Source: Amphiscolops sp. MND2022 (lineage: Eukaryota). Taken from it: a stretch of 64,000 nt of DNA. The notes beneath the pieces were generated by a model, which was not told the DNA's origin, ran no database searches, and saw only the letters and a list, made by a program, of their open reading frames with translations. This document shows, piece after piece, positions 34,528 through 47,934 of the stretch; position 1 is the stretch's first letter; every line of letters starts with the position of its first letter. The DNA lies in NCBI GenBank assembly GCA_964187785.1, contig OZ076409.1, positions 64,916,001-64,980,000 of the forward strand, in the 5' to 3' direction. A program made the translations under genes and the position numbers.

Positions 34528-34771
34528 GGGTCAGGGACATTTCGTCACCACCAATTTGGGCGACAATATGGCGTCGGTCACACGGGCCACAAAAGTGTCG
34601 ACCAAATGGGTGGCACGTCACCCGCTTCGCTTCGCTCCTGCATTTAGGGCACTAGGGGTATGTGAACATATTTGGCCATTTGTCTACGGGACAATTGGGC
34701 GACATTTTTGTCGCCGAAATAGGCTGAAATTTTTGTCGCCCAAATGGTTGGTGACGAAACGTCCCTGCCCC
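34528..34771. mobile_element. Short MITE inserted in a CRE-like 3' UTR
   Basis: TIRs GGGTCAGGGACATTTCGTCACCA / TGGTGACGAAACGTCCCTGCCCC. TSD CAGTCGAC at 34520 and 34772. Confidence 0.8.
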
Positions 34772-34779
34772 CAGTCGAC

Positions 34780-37134
34780 CGGTGGAAATTTTTCTTTTAA
34801 AGCTGCTTTGATATAAAGGTCAAAAAAAATTAGGCTATATGTAATATTTCTTCGAACGCATCTCTGTTGCTCACAGTTCCTAGAACACAGGCCGCATTGC
34901 CAATCTGAAGGGCCATTGAAGTCAGTTGCTTCAAAAAACTGCCAGCTCGTTGATCGTCGTGCGAACGACAGAGCATTTTACAGAGACGCGTGATGAGAAT
35001 TTCACTGCTCTCGCCTAAAGAACCCTGTTCTTCCAAGGCCACTGGCTGAAAAAGTATCCATTGTCTATTAATACGCAATACTTCTCAATGTTACGCGCTT
35101 CAACCTTGGTGGCGGTGGTTTCCGGGTTGCATAAAGAGACTTGATTCAGGCGACTGGATGCAAGAGCATCCACAACCGTGACATACCACACCAGCTGTTT
35201 ACCCATTTCCCAAGGAATCATCGTAACACCGTCTGGGCGTTTGCCATCAGTTCGGTAAAGTCCACGCGGTTCGAGCATTGAAGGCAAGTCGAGAGATCCC
35301 AACGTCTGCTTCATGAGAGAATTGAGAGTAGCATGACGTGAGAAGCGACCAGCACTCTTGGTGCAAGAAAGACCGTGTGAACCGTCCCGTTCAACTCTTT
35401 TACCACAGTGGCACGTATGCGCAACGCAGATGTTGGCACCGAGACGCAAACTGATTGAAATTCGAAGTTGCTGATCATCAAGTTTCAGGCCTAGGTTCTT
35501 GCAAGGAACGACGTTCAGCCACTGAGACCCGAATTTGCCTTGATAAGCGTTGAAAACTTTCCAACGTTTGTCATCCATTCTAGAAATCAAATCTTGTGCT
35601 GTTTTGACGTAGACAGGTTGTGTCCAATTTTTCTGAGTTTCATCGAAAGGAATTTCTTGTTCATTGGTCAAACTCAACCACTTCTCAACCGCTTTTGTAA
35701 ACAAACCATCTTCGGATGTTTCCGAGAAAATCATCGTGAGAAAGTCACTCGCATCAAAAGCTGAGGCCAAAAAGGCGGGAAGTGCTAATAATGATGCGGA
35801 TGAAACCCCAAGACCACCCATCTCAGCAGGCAGAGCCAACTGAGTACACCAAATATCGTCGTCTTTGTTCACGCTACACACTTTGGAAAGTCCGTCGTGC
35901 ACGGTTTTGTCATTTTTCCAAGAGAGCTGAATGATTGAAACATGTACTGGTTCTCAGGAAGTACATTAACTTTAGCAAACTGAAGCAATTTTCTAACATA
36001 AAAAAACCATAGTGCGCATCTAGTTTTTCAACAATCTTGTTACCTTTTTCCAGTTCATTAATTTTTTTTCCAATAGGTCTGCTTGTGATTTCGGACAGAG
36101 CGGTGAACCAAGAATGATAAGTTCATCTTTCTATGGTGTTTTGATCCGGGGGCAAAGTTTTTGGAAAAATGCTAAAATTGTTGATCGTTGTTTTTCAGTG
36201 ATGTCACCAGAAAAAAAACTTCAAATTTCGTGGGTTTAATTTTGAGTCCCAGCGTTCTTTCCGCTTCAACAATTTTTCGAGATCTTTCAAAACGGTTCGG
36301 TAATCATCACTTAAATTTCCATCGTCAGAGTACCATAAGTTTATTTTCGACTCCAAACTGTCAATCAGATCCTGAATTGAATCCGAAAACAAAGCTGGAG
36401 ACTCAGGATCTCCTTGCTGGGTCTCTCCACAAGATTTGATTCCTGAATCACCGTAAAAAAGAAAACTTGGCTGACTGTACGCCGAGTGTGAACACTTATA
36501 AAATTCAGGGTGTATTTCAAAAATTTTCTCTAGCATGAACTGCCGGTTTATCGAATTGAGAGCGTTTTCAAAGTCAATTTTCAAAATTACGTTTTCTTTG
36601 GGCTGAGGGCTTTCTATCAAACAACGGAAAACATATGAGTCCAATTCAGCGCCCCTTTTGGTACCTACACCTACTTGTCAATTTCCATATTATGCTTGAC
36701 GTGATTTGAAGACATGGTATCCAGGACATTTTGCGGACAATCGGCGGAAAGTATTGCTTACAGCGATAGGACGAAGTCCTCCATCGGGCTTTTTAGCACA
36801 ATTAATTTCGCACCAAAGAAGTACGGTCGAAGTTTGAAAGGTATTTGTTAAGGCTCTGAGAAATTTCAGTCCAGTTTTCCCGTTCGACTTGGCAGTCAAA
36901 TCTTTCAAAATCTGGGGCGAAATGCCATCCAACCTTGCACTAGAGCCGTTGGGGAAGGACATTAAAGCCTTGTGGACGAAAAACTCCGAGGTTGAAAAGC
37001 AATCGATAACTGTGGGGCCCGGAACAGAGCAAGGTCTCTGCGGATGTTTCACCTTAAGGGCAGCGTAGTTGACGAACGTGAAATCTGCAAGCTTGTCGTA
37101 GCCTACTGTCATTCTGATTCCGGCCTTAACATTA
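34780..37134 (-). pseudogene. CRE-like non-LTR retrotransposon: RT plus CCHC plus restriction-like endonuclease, disrupted
   Basis: GGLRPIAV..TFRRL, LKIDFENA.NSINR, QQGDP..PALF, WYSDDG, LP..MGGLGV, CHCG..HGLSC..RH..LN, EP..L...DGKRPDG..PW..GK.LVW. Confidence 0.85.
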
Positions 37135-37444
37135 CAAGGAAGTACTTCAATGTTGTAGATGAGCACGAGAAATGGGATTTTTCCGTAAAAGGAAAATGCG
37201 AGGAAGCTACACAAATATACTGATTGAAGTAGTTTTTAACCGACAGTGTATCATTCATTCACCGACAAAAACTTGAATTAGACCCAGTTTATAGAATACC
37301 AGTTTGTAGAAACGTTTTTTCTACAAATTGGATCATTGAATTTCACAAACTGGATCATTAAATTCTACAAACTGGAAATCTTTCACACAAGATCCTGAGA
37401 ACTCCACCCAAAATCTAAAGGCGTAAGATCTAAAAAATGAAATG

Positions 37445-37630
37445 TGGGGCATATCCGATGTATGCACATTCACACTCGCCGTCGCAAATACCAGCTCCCA
37501 TTACGATCGCTCCACGATCTCCATTCTCGCTAGGTCTTTGCTCCTGTTCGACCTCGCTGAGCAAGATGGAAACATAAGCGGCCCCAACGGGCCGCGGGGC
37601 TCTTGAGGAAATGGGGACATATCCAAGGCA
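37445..37630 (+). repeat. Approximately 190-bp interspersed repeat with a GC hairpin near its 3' end (also about 26290, 26520, 27070 minus, 27415)
   Basis: Shared core CGCTAGGTCTTTGCTCCTGTTCGACCTCGC..AGCAAGATGG..GCGGCCCC..GGGCCGCGGGGC. Confidence 0.7.
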
Positions 37631-38099
37631 CGTAATATTCTTTGCGTCAATCCTACATTATTGGTCCTATTGTTTTTCTTCAGTTCCAGAGTTTTACTTT
37701 GAATTTACTTGTAAAGTTGCAATGGATTGAAGGAAGCTCTTAAGGATTTTCAAAAGTCAAACAACATAAATTTGAGACCGTTGTTTACGGCAGAATTCAT
37801 GCCGGTCGAAGTAACAAAACTTGGGTTTTCTTCTATGGTAGTTCGTTGCTTACCTCAATGCCCAATATTGACACATACACGCGATTGTGTAGTACTACAT
37901 TGACATTAGATCCTGCGAACAGATCCATCATTACTTGATATAAGTTGGCCAAAGAGTACACTGGCCTTTCAGGATCCAGTATTGGAAAGCGAACACTGCA
38001 GATTCCCCTGCCCTCAAGCCACGTAATCAGCTTCTCCAGACAGAGTAAAAACGAGTCCGCTGATTGGCACGCTTTATCATTAGGTGGAGTGTTTGAGAT

Positions 38100-41000
38100 G
38101 GTTTATTCGTGATCGAGAGACTTAACGTTAGTATCTCCTCACTTGCGGATGCAAGAAGAAGACCTGTTCCCGGCCACTTTCACGCAGCACAGAGCGCAAC
38201 GCAGCCCAACAAGTCTGCAATTCAGAGGGGCATGCCAAAGCAATTTGACCTTCGGCTTGCAGGAGATCAGTGGTTGCGTACAGAATGTATTCCACTCGGT
38301 TAGGACGTAGATTGCCTGGGTAGATGATCACTTGTCCAGGTCCGTTGTCAGGAGGTAGACACACGCGTGGGGTACGTCCTTTTATCGAGGCTAGGCCTTG
38401 CCATACCGAGCGTGGCCATGCTTGATTGTCCACATTCGCTCGGACCCATGTCTCCAGTGTGCTTACCGCTGCCTTAACCGGCAGGGGTTCCCCGAATGTG
38501 TGGACTCACTCATCTAGCAGTAGAATTCGCGGGTAGTTGACAAAACACGTGATGATCAATTCTAACCACCAGCGAAATTTCACTTCATCCCTATACCAAT
38601 GGATAAGATGGAAGCATTAGATTAGATCTTTTGTGGTGGAAGTCCTCAGACCTTCCAAGCATAGCAACAAGTGCCGTGGATTCACTAGCGTGTCAATGCG
38701 GTTAGCAGTCACCAATAACCACCAGTAGGGGCGGGGCTGTAGACGCCACCCGGCTCAACTTCTACCCCATATCGGTCGAGTAGCAGGTCAGCAGTAATGC
38801 ACCTTTTGGCCATTTGGACTGGCTCTCGCTCGAAATTGAACGGACCAAACACGTTATTGGGGAGAACTGGGGGAACCACCATGGGTAGCGTGAACTCAAG
38901 ACCTTTGCCATCGCTCGTCCACTCTTTGAATCGGGGACACGGCGCTTTGGTGACACCTGGCACTGCAATTTGTTGTAAAATTATTTCAGTTGAGTGATTG
39001 CCAGTTCTTTTTAAACCAGCGAAGGTCTTTTCCGCTCGTACAACTTTGCGGTGAACAAAGTCCTTGTACTGTCGTCTTTCCGGGGGACTCCCCGGGCTCC
39101 AATGGGAACCTCCCGGTTCTCATTCACAGCTGATATGCAGACGCTTTCGCGTAGACCACACGTTCCACATTTGTATCTAGGCCGTCGTTTTTGCCTTAGC
39201 TGATACCGCGAAGGTTGAGACTCTAAATGCTTTTCCGTCGGAGCCGAAGTCACGTCTAAAGTCGGGATTTTCCGTTGACGAGACACCCGTGTTTTTTTCG
39301 AGTTCTCCTCCTCACCCTTTTGGACGAAGGAGCTGTGAGGGTTTCAGGAGCGACCAAAGGGGCATCATCTACCGAAGGAGATGATGGGCGTGACAAGCAC
39401 ATGTTAGAGTCCTCAGCCTCGTTAGGCCATTTTGGATAGTTGCTGAGGTAATCAGTGAGAGTTGGATGAGTCAGCAACGGGGCAGACGTACCAACCATGG
39501 ATTGCTCTGGTGGGTTGTCTGAAGGCGACAGTTGTGATGACGGATAGCGCGCTAGCTCGTGGTCAGAAAACAACAAATGTAGGCAGTCATTAAAAGAGAC
39601 GTCAGACATGGGATCTTGGGGTGTAGAATCAACAGGTGGGTCTGGAGGCAATGTGGATTGGTCCATGTCCTGAGGATAGGCGGGGATGGGGCATGGCCTC
39701 GGAAGGGTCATCGTCTGTGTCTGACGTGGAGCAGTCAAATTGTTGATAATGTGGTCGTGATACTCCGGCACGGAGTTTAGTGCGGAGTCGTGTAATCATC
39801 CAGTGTCGTCGACGGGAGGGCAATGACACATTCAATGCTTCTGAAAGCAATTGTTCAGATTCCTAAGAAGGTTTGGAGAAGTCGTCATTTATGGCTTCAA
39901 TAGAGCGCTCAGGCTCCGGATCCATGACAACGGCGATTTCGCCAGTATCAAAAGGGGTAGTGGCGAACTCTGTAAGGCCACTGTGATGCAGATTAAGACG
40001 TTCAAAGTTCACCTTTTGCCCAGTATCTAAGATGTAGACACGTCCTTCCCGTAAATCGTGAGCAACGAAGTGGGGGCCGCCTCAAGCGCGCATGAGTTTA
40101 GGAGATCCCTTTTGCGGAACAAATCGACAAAAAACCCATACGAGATTGCTGTCCTTGTACGCTTTGGCGCGTATGGCACGATCATATTTGAGCTTTTGAC
40201 GCAACTGAGCTTGGTGGGTGTTGCGACGCACCAGGTCATCAATTTGTTGTTGGCGGCCCAACACATGGTCTACAAAAGCGTCATGAGTCGCAAATGACTG
40301 AGTCGCAAACTCAGGGTAAAGGCACGTGAGCTGTATCTCTTTCTCAGTACCAAAGGTCAACATGTAGGGAAAAACCCTGTTGTTGCGTGTCGGGTAGAGT
40401 TGTATGCACCAAGTACTTCATCTAGGTGTCTATTCCAGTCGCGCATTCGGGGGGAACACAACACTCGCAGCAATAGAGGGCAGTGTGCGATTCTGACGCA
40501 TCCACCAGTCCCTGCGTTCGTAGGTGACCAGCGGTAGAAGTAACCTTTGTAATTTGCGCGGCCTTCATGAACTCGTTCGAGACCTCGGATCTCAAATTGA
40601 GAGAGTTGTCAGGTTGCATGCGCGTGGGCGTGCCATGACGGGCAAACCATTTTTGAAGCAGTAAACGAAATGTGGTGATGGCGTCATACTTTTCGTGACT
40701 ACAAGGTACAGCTTCGTCGAATTTGGATAAATGGTCAATGATGACCAAAACTTCCCGTGTTGTCATCATCGAAAGGGCAGACTTCCATGTAATCATATTG
40801 GACCAGCTCATTGAAGTACCCACTCTGGATGTTCTTGAGGTAAAAACGGACGTCGCCAGGTTTATCTCATACTTGCTGGCAAGTAAGGCATTGACGGACG
40901 TATTGCTCTACAGTGAGACGAATCCCAGGCCAAGTCGGCGTTTTTAAATGCGAGCGACAACTTTGCTGATGCCTTGGTGACCCTTCGCATTGTGCGTACG

Positions 41001-44000
41001 AAAAAGAGTCTCATGTTGGTACAACTGGGGCATCACAATCGTTCAAGGCCGTTCAAGCAACAGTCGCTGGGCCGGAGGATAATTCGCACAGAGAACTCCG
41101 TTAGAATTCAAGAATAGTAATTCTGTTTTTGTTTGAAATAATTGCGGGCAAAATCTCGCATATCGTCAGGAAAGATGTCTTGGTCAATGTTTTCGTTGTT
41201 GAGCAATCTTCTGAGCGCCAAGATTTAAATGTCTCGGTTCTGGGCTAATACTAGATCCTCGATGCCGTGGACAATGTGGGTATACTAGTAAGATCACTGC
41301 CTGCTTGATGTTATTGGGAGCATTCTGTAACACTGCTCCACTGGCCTCGGCAAGCGCGTAGATTGTACGCGACGCGATATTTGTCACGTGGGTCGGCAGC
41401 AAGTGATCGTGGCTTGCTTCCTCGGTTACATCTATCCAGTCTCCGGGACAGTCTGGAAAGAAGTCTTCGTGTGCGTGCAGCACTGGTGGGGAAGGCGGTG
41501 GCAGTGGTGCCTGCCATAACTCTTTTTGCTTTTCCCGTCGTTTGGTCCGTTGTGTGAGACGAATGATTCGCTGAACCAAGTCAAGAGGGGTGGGTTGCAT
41601 TTTTCGTAGGTGCGATGGCAGATCAAGATGGTTAGGTATGATTCGGCGTTGCACGTCAAACCATGATGCAGTGGGCAATCGCTCATACTCATCATGAGAC
41701 AAGAAGTTCCAGCGTTCAGCAACAGGGGGAGCTTTTCTAGCTTTTGTTCTCGCCATCGATAGTCTTTAGTCCGTTTACACAAGCCATCGGCATTGCGATG
41801 TTGTGTCCGTGGTCGGTGTTCCACACGGAAGTGGTACTTCTCAAGGGCTATTATCCATCGACCAATGAGAACCTGGTCGGTTGAATAGGTTTTAAAACCA
41901 CGACAGTGCTTGGTTGTCCACTCGCAAAGTGAACTTTCGTGGACTTAAATAGATGTGCTTTTTGACAATGAAGTGGTAAGCGGCGTACATTTCCAATTTA
42001 GGTGCTCCGTATTTTGCCTGAGAAGCAATCAACTTCGTGCTGCCGTAGACAAAAGGGCGGAGGCGTCTGTCCTTTGGAGGACCTTGCCATTGGTGCAAGA
42101 TACCAGAAATCGCCACTGCACTAGCGTCAGTGTACAGCACAAATTCGCAGCGTTAACTCCAGTGATGGTGTGCAAAAGAGCAACAAGTTTGGCATGCCGA
42201 GGAATGAACTCGCGATAGTAATTGGCAAAGCCCAGAAAGTTTTGCATTTCCGTTTTGTTGCGGGGAATGTCCCAGTCCCACACTTTTGCGACGGCTTTGG
42301 GGTCAGGCTTTAAGCCCTCCCCTGACACTACGCGACCCAAGTAGTTGATTTCAGACTTCATGGAATCACACTTGGCAACCCAGCTGCGCGCAAGCATTCG
42401 AAGACTTCGCGGAGTCGCACCATGTGGTCTTCCACTGTTTCGGTGGCTATTACGATATCGTCGATGTAGGCCAGTACCATGCTACCTTCTCGGTTCACAA
42501 TTTTGCGTAGCGCTCAAACTATCGCTCTCTGGAAGGTGGCGGAAGCGTTACACATGCCAAAAGGCATGCGTCTCCACCCGAAAAGCCCTAGCTCGCACGC
42601 AAATGTGGTCTTCTGGCGGTCAGCTTTTCTGACGGGGATTTGCCAAAAAGCCCAGGTCAAGTCAAGGTTGGTGTAAATTTTTGCTTTACCCATCTTGGCC
42701 AGACTTTCGTCAATGCGGGATGACGGTAAGGCGTCTTTGACGGTTACTTCATTCTGTGGGCAAAAGTCACAACAGAACCGTAACTCACCGTTGTTTTTCT
42801 TGACCATGACAGTACCGGTGGCCTAAGGGGACAGCGACGGTTGAATTATGCCAAGTGCAAGTAGTCCACGCAGTTACTGGTTGGCACGTGCTGCCTTTTC
42901 AGGAGACATACGCCTGGCACCTTCACGATGAGGCACGGCACCTGGTTCTGTCTCCACCGGGTGTTTGGCTATGGTGCATCGACCAATGTCAACTTTATGT
43001 TTTATAAAAAAGTCATCAAACTCAGTTAAAATGTTTTCTAAAGAAGTGCTAGCTTCAGAACCCCACAAGTCCTTCACTTCCTGTAGCTGCGACTCTGGTC
43101 CCGGTATGGCAGCCCTAGCTCAGGATCCGTGCGCTTTTGCTTTTCACGGTCTGAAAGGTCTTCCTCAGTAGGTTCTGTTGATGCCAAAAACTCGAATTCA
43201 GATGAAAAAGTTAACTGCGAGTCAGTACTGGGAGTATTTACCTCATAAATTTTATGAACAAAATCAATATGGTCTTTATCGACCTCAGTTTTTGATTTTG
43301 GATGGTCCACTTTTTAGAGTATAGCTCGGTAAACCAGGGATACGGGTACTACAGTTCCCAAGTGGGTGTTGCCACGGATACGCTGTGGGTTGCTCGTGAG
43401 GTTCATCATGCTGATAAAGACATGGCCTGTCTCACTGACAGTGGCAATGCAGTCCTCTAAAAAGACAACATTCTGTAGTGACACGTCCGCAAGGGCAGCG
43501 CTTAACACTACATTTTGAAACACCAGTGGCTCATGTTCGTTGTGACCACCTTGGCGTTCACAACCGCACGTTCAAAGGGTTGCAGCACCACGTCGCTGTC
43601 TTGAGCGACGGGAACTGCTAAAGGGGAGGCACTTACCTGGGTGTGGACATGGTGCCAGACTGGTTGAACAGGCGCACGAACCACGATCTTCATCGATGTC
43701 AGGTCAACAAGGACCTGATAAGTTCGTAGGAAGTTGCGGCTTAGCAAGAAGTCTTCGACTCCCATTGCATCGTCCACCACAACGAAGTTTGTCTCTAACT
43801 CGTAGCCTCCTAATTGGAAGCGCACACGCTCCGTCAATCCAAATGTTTCGACAGTTTTGCCATTGGCGATGTACAAGTCAATCTGGTATGGTTTCAGCAC
43901 TGCTCCGGTCTGGACAGCGACTCGGTTGAAGGTAGAGAACGTCAAAATAGACACTCCGGAACCGGTGTCAATCAGACCTCGCAGTAGAATTGGTGCCACA

Positions 44001-47000
44001 TGGGGCACTATGAATGACATGACGACAACGCACGCTCGTCTCTTCGTGCTTAACCGGTGGGTGTCTGGCGATTGATTGTGTAGCATTTGAGCTCTTGAGG
44101 TCCCAGGCAAATGCCGGGAAGGAACACGTCAACTGCCACACAGGCTTCAAATTTCACGTCCACGCTGTCCATAGTGGCACAAATGGGCACTGGAGAATAT
44201 GTAGTCAATGTATCCGGTTCTCCAGGAACATACCACTCCTTTGGGCGAGGGAGTTCCACTCTCTTGTACAAGATAGATAGTTCAACCCAAAGTTTGACGA
44301 AAGTTAACGTCGGACGACGCAACTGCTCTGCAGCCAACATCAAATGGATGGATAAGAGCGTGCTCCCTTGGGGGTCGAATGTCGTTGGCTCCAAGTGCGT
44401 TTGCACTTGCTTGGCACTGCAAGTTATGATGAGGGGTGTGTAGAATGCGTGAGGTTCCGCGGGTTGGAGCATCAATACACAGTTGTCCTCTAACGGCACA
44501 GTATGTGCAACAGCACCAGTCGCCTCAACTTCCACCCATCGGCTGTAAGCGAAGTCGTCATTTACAGGATTTTCTACGCATTGTGAAGCCACATGATCCA
44601 CCAAGCGACGATTGACATAAAAGCGGACCCCGGAGCATTTCTTCGCGATGCACTCTTCGATATCTTCAGTAGTGGTTTTTACTGCTTCGGGCTCTGGCAC
44701 CACAGCGGGATTGCGAGCCTGATCTCGAGCAGAACAATCTCGGGCAAAGTGACCTATCTGGCCACAATTGAAACAGGCACCTAGCGGCAAGCGTACAGCT
44801 GGTTGCGCAGCCGCCGGGTTGGCAGGTGCATTGCCCGGAGGCGCTGGGGGCAATACTCTTTGCGGCAATACCATCTTGTTGGGGGCAATGGTACAAAAGG
44901 ATGAGGCCTTGACCTCATAGCGTAACGGAGATCATCGGGTTGTGAAGGTTTGGGTCGATTACGCTGCAGTTGCCTGATGGTGAATCTCAAGGTTTCTACG
45001 GTGGGTGGGTCAGTTACGTGGTTTCGGAGGCATACATGATAGAGAGTTCCTGTCGCAGCATGGCGTCACGGACACCCTCGACGAAGCGCTGCAGGATTTC
45101 ATAACGCTTAGTAGTGACGGGCTCATAAGGGAATCCCTGACTACGTAGCCCTTTCAAGGCGTCTAGGTACTGCATCCAGTCTTCTTTCTCGGATTATTGT
45201 CGAGTAACAAAGGCTTGACGCACTTGCATTCTGTTGCCTCCAGTTACGAAACGACTTGCTAGAAACTCGAATACTTTTTCAGGCGTGTTCTGTTCGGACT
45301 CGGCCTTGTTGATAATGTAGTTGCGCCCTTCACCTTCCAAGTGACCGATGATTCTCCAAACTCTGTCATTCGAAACTGCTTTGGCCTGCGTGCGTTGCGA
45401 ACAGCGGCCCATGACTAGGATCCATCCGTCAATGGAACCTTCTTTAGATGCTCGGTAAACACTAGATCGGGCTTGTTTGTGGTCGCGCCCAGGTAGTAAA
45501 GGGGCCAGATCCTCCGACATGGCTTTGGATAACGCAGCGGTGAATCGCAAATGCTCAGGGGAGATAAGTTCCCCCTCGTCGCTGGCTGCTGGGAAATTGT
45601 CTCAATTACCTTTGGTAGCCTGCATGGACAGATCTCCATTTGGATTATCCTTTTTGCGAGTGCTACTGGCACAAGGGTTGCCCGCGCGCACTTCTTCTCT
45701 GGCATTTAGGAACATTGAGCCAGTTCTATTGGTCCTTACCTTCATTACGGGGCCAAAGTGGGAAATGTTCAATTTTTCAAGAATCACGAAAAGTGGTAGT
45801 TTAAAGCAGCGAAGTGAATTTTCTCTCAATTCTTGAAATTTGAACTTCAAGGGAACTGTTTATGCCGCCTATAAAAGTCAAGAATTGAGAAAACAATAGT
45901 GCGCATGTATTTCCACTGATTTCAAGAATCGAGAAAAAGACATTCGAGAATCTAGACACTAATTTTAATACATGGAGATAATGTGTTAACATTAGTTTGT
46001 CGATTCTCGAATATTTGTCGATTCTTGAAATTTTTGTCGATTCTTGGAAAAGTTACTGATTCTTGGAAATTGTCTGGATTCTCAGAAAATTTTCCCGAAT
46101 TCTTATTCAAATGTTACAATAGTGAATTTAATTGATCAGCTGATAATTATTTTTTCAACAAATCAACGGAAGAATCATTGTTAAAATTATAATAAAGGTG
46201 TACAATTATTCCCCAGGTTAAATTGCTCTGAACCAGCTAGATTCTAAGGTGCTAATCAATTTTTAATTGAAACTTTTACTAGATTTTTTGAATGAATAAT
46301 TCAATATATTGCAGCAAAGATTTTTTCCTGAACCAATAGCGCCTCCATTTTAGCTTTTTACTTCGTTACTTGTCAAAAGCTACTTGTCAAATGTTTCTAA
46401 ACCGTGAGTAACAAAAGCAAAACTGAATTGACATCGAGTCTTTCAAAGAATTATCAAATATTTCTAATCCATGAGCAACAAAAGAAAAATTTCAAATGAA
46501 ATCGAGTCTTTCAATTAATTATTAGAAACCAGTTGTCTGAAACCAGCAGGAGCAACAGAAGCATAAGAAAATTGAATTCGAACCACTCTTTGAACTTTTA
46601 AACCTCATCGATTTTGGCCTCATCTTCGAGTCACTCTTTGAGTTTTCAAAAACTTTCAAACCAGGAGTATAAAAGAAATAGTAGAACTAATTTAAATTTG
46701 AACACGAAAATAAATTTCATTTTTTGAAAAGGCCTTGCGGTTTGATCCCAAGCCAGTCCGCCAAGTCCCGGGCATTGGCCAAAGCAGTAGAAAGTCCAAT
46801 CACGCGAACCTGAAAAAATTTTTGTTTCAAAAAATTGTTTCAAAATTGGTTTAAAAAAGGATGATATTTATATAAAATTGAGAATGAAAATTGTTTTAAA
46901 ACTGAGAATCAAATCTCAATAACATTGATTTCAAAAAAGAATGGAATTTAGTATGATTAGATTAGACCAAGAAATGATGAAAAGTTTTGAAGAATTGACA

Positions 47001-47850
47001 TATAATTTTCAAAAATTCATATAATTTTTAAGAATCAACGTAACATTGAAGAATCGAGAAAGTTTCAAGAATCGAGAAAAACAGCTAGAAGCTGTTTTTT
47101 TGGGTTCTTGAAACTTTTCTCGAATCTTGCATGCGATGCATTATAATTAAAACAAGAATCGAGAAAAATCCCCACTTGCTTCCGCTTAGCTTTTCTCGGT
47201 TCTTGAAATTTGTATGTAATACCATTAGTTCAAGGATTCAAAAATTACCACAACGAAATCGTTGTAGTTCACGTTTTTCCCACTTTGGCCTCGTAATGTT
47301 GGCGGTGGCGTACGTATCGTCTTCCACACTGCTGGTTTGGGATCCAGCTATTGCTTTGTGTCGGTCGAAGCTATGACCGACGAGGTGGTGATCATAGGAT
47401 CCACTCCTCGATCCTGAGTTCGAGTAAGCGACAGTGTGGATGGCAGCTGAATGGTGCTCAGTGAGTTTCGCTCGCCCACGTTCACCTTTGTGTGCTCCTT
47501 GGCTACCTCTGAAGGCTGGGGTGCTTTGGTCACGCGGGTACCACCTTACTACTGGACGAGGCATGTTCGTCTGCTGTGGTTTGGTTGCTGTTATGGGTTG
47601 CAGAACTCAGTCTGCATTCTGGTGTTCAGTTCAGTCATTTGCACTTCCATGCGAAGTTGGCGTTGAAGGAATAAATCCTTCTCTTCTTCTAGGCGATATC
47701 CCATAGCATCCATTTTTCGCAGATTGCAGTGTTTGTTGTTTATTAGTAGCCCTCAGGCTATCTTTTACAGAGCTTTGCATGGCCTCAAGCTCCACGGCCA
47801 TTACTTTATGCTGTTCATTGCACTCAGCACGAGTGACATTTATTTTGCCA
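38100..47850 (-). mobile_element. Degenerate large Ty3/Gypsy element (Gypsy-3, different lineage); LTRs not resolved, boundaries approximate
   Basis: Gag CFNCGQIGHFARDC; protease LIDTGSG; RT LDL..AFWQ / RMPFG..NA.ATFQR; FLGFANYYREFI; RNase H YTDAS, RVDNQAL; integrase W..RHG.P, T.GH....G. Many stops and frameshifts. Confidence 0.85.
45743..47298. mobile_element. Non-autonomous CACTA/EnSpm-like DNA transposon inserted in Gypsy-3 gag
   Basis: 23-bp TIRs CATTACG(G/A)GGCCAAAGTGGGAAA, 2-bp TT duplication, and many TCAAGAATCGAGAA subterminal repeats in both orientations. Removing it rejoins gag in frame (..YATA-K-VRTNR..). Confidence 0.75.
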
Positions 47851-47934
47851 AAAATATGTTATAGTGCCACGTCAGTCTTGAAAGAATTTTTCAAAGTTCA
47901 CCAACGTTTCGTTGATCACATGATGACGTTACAG

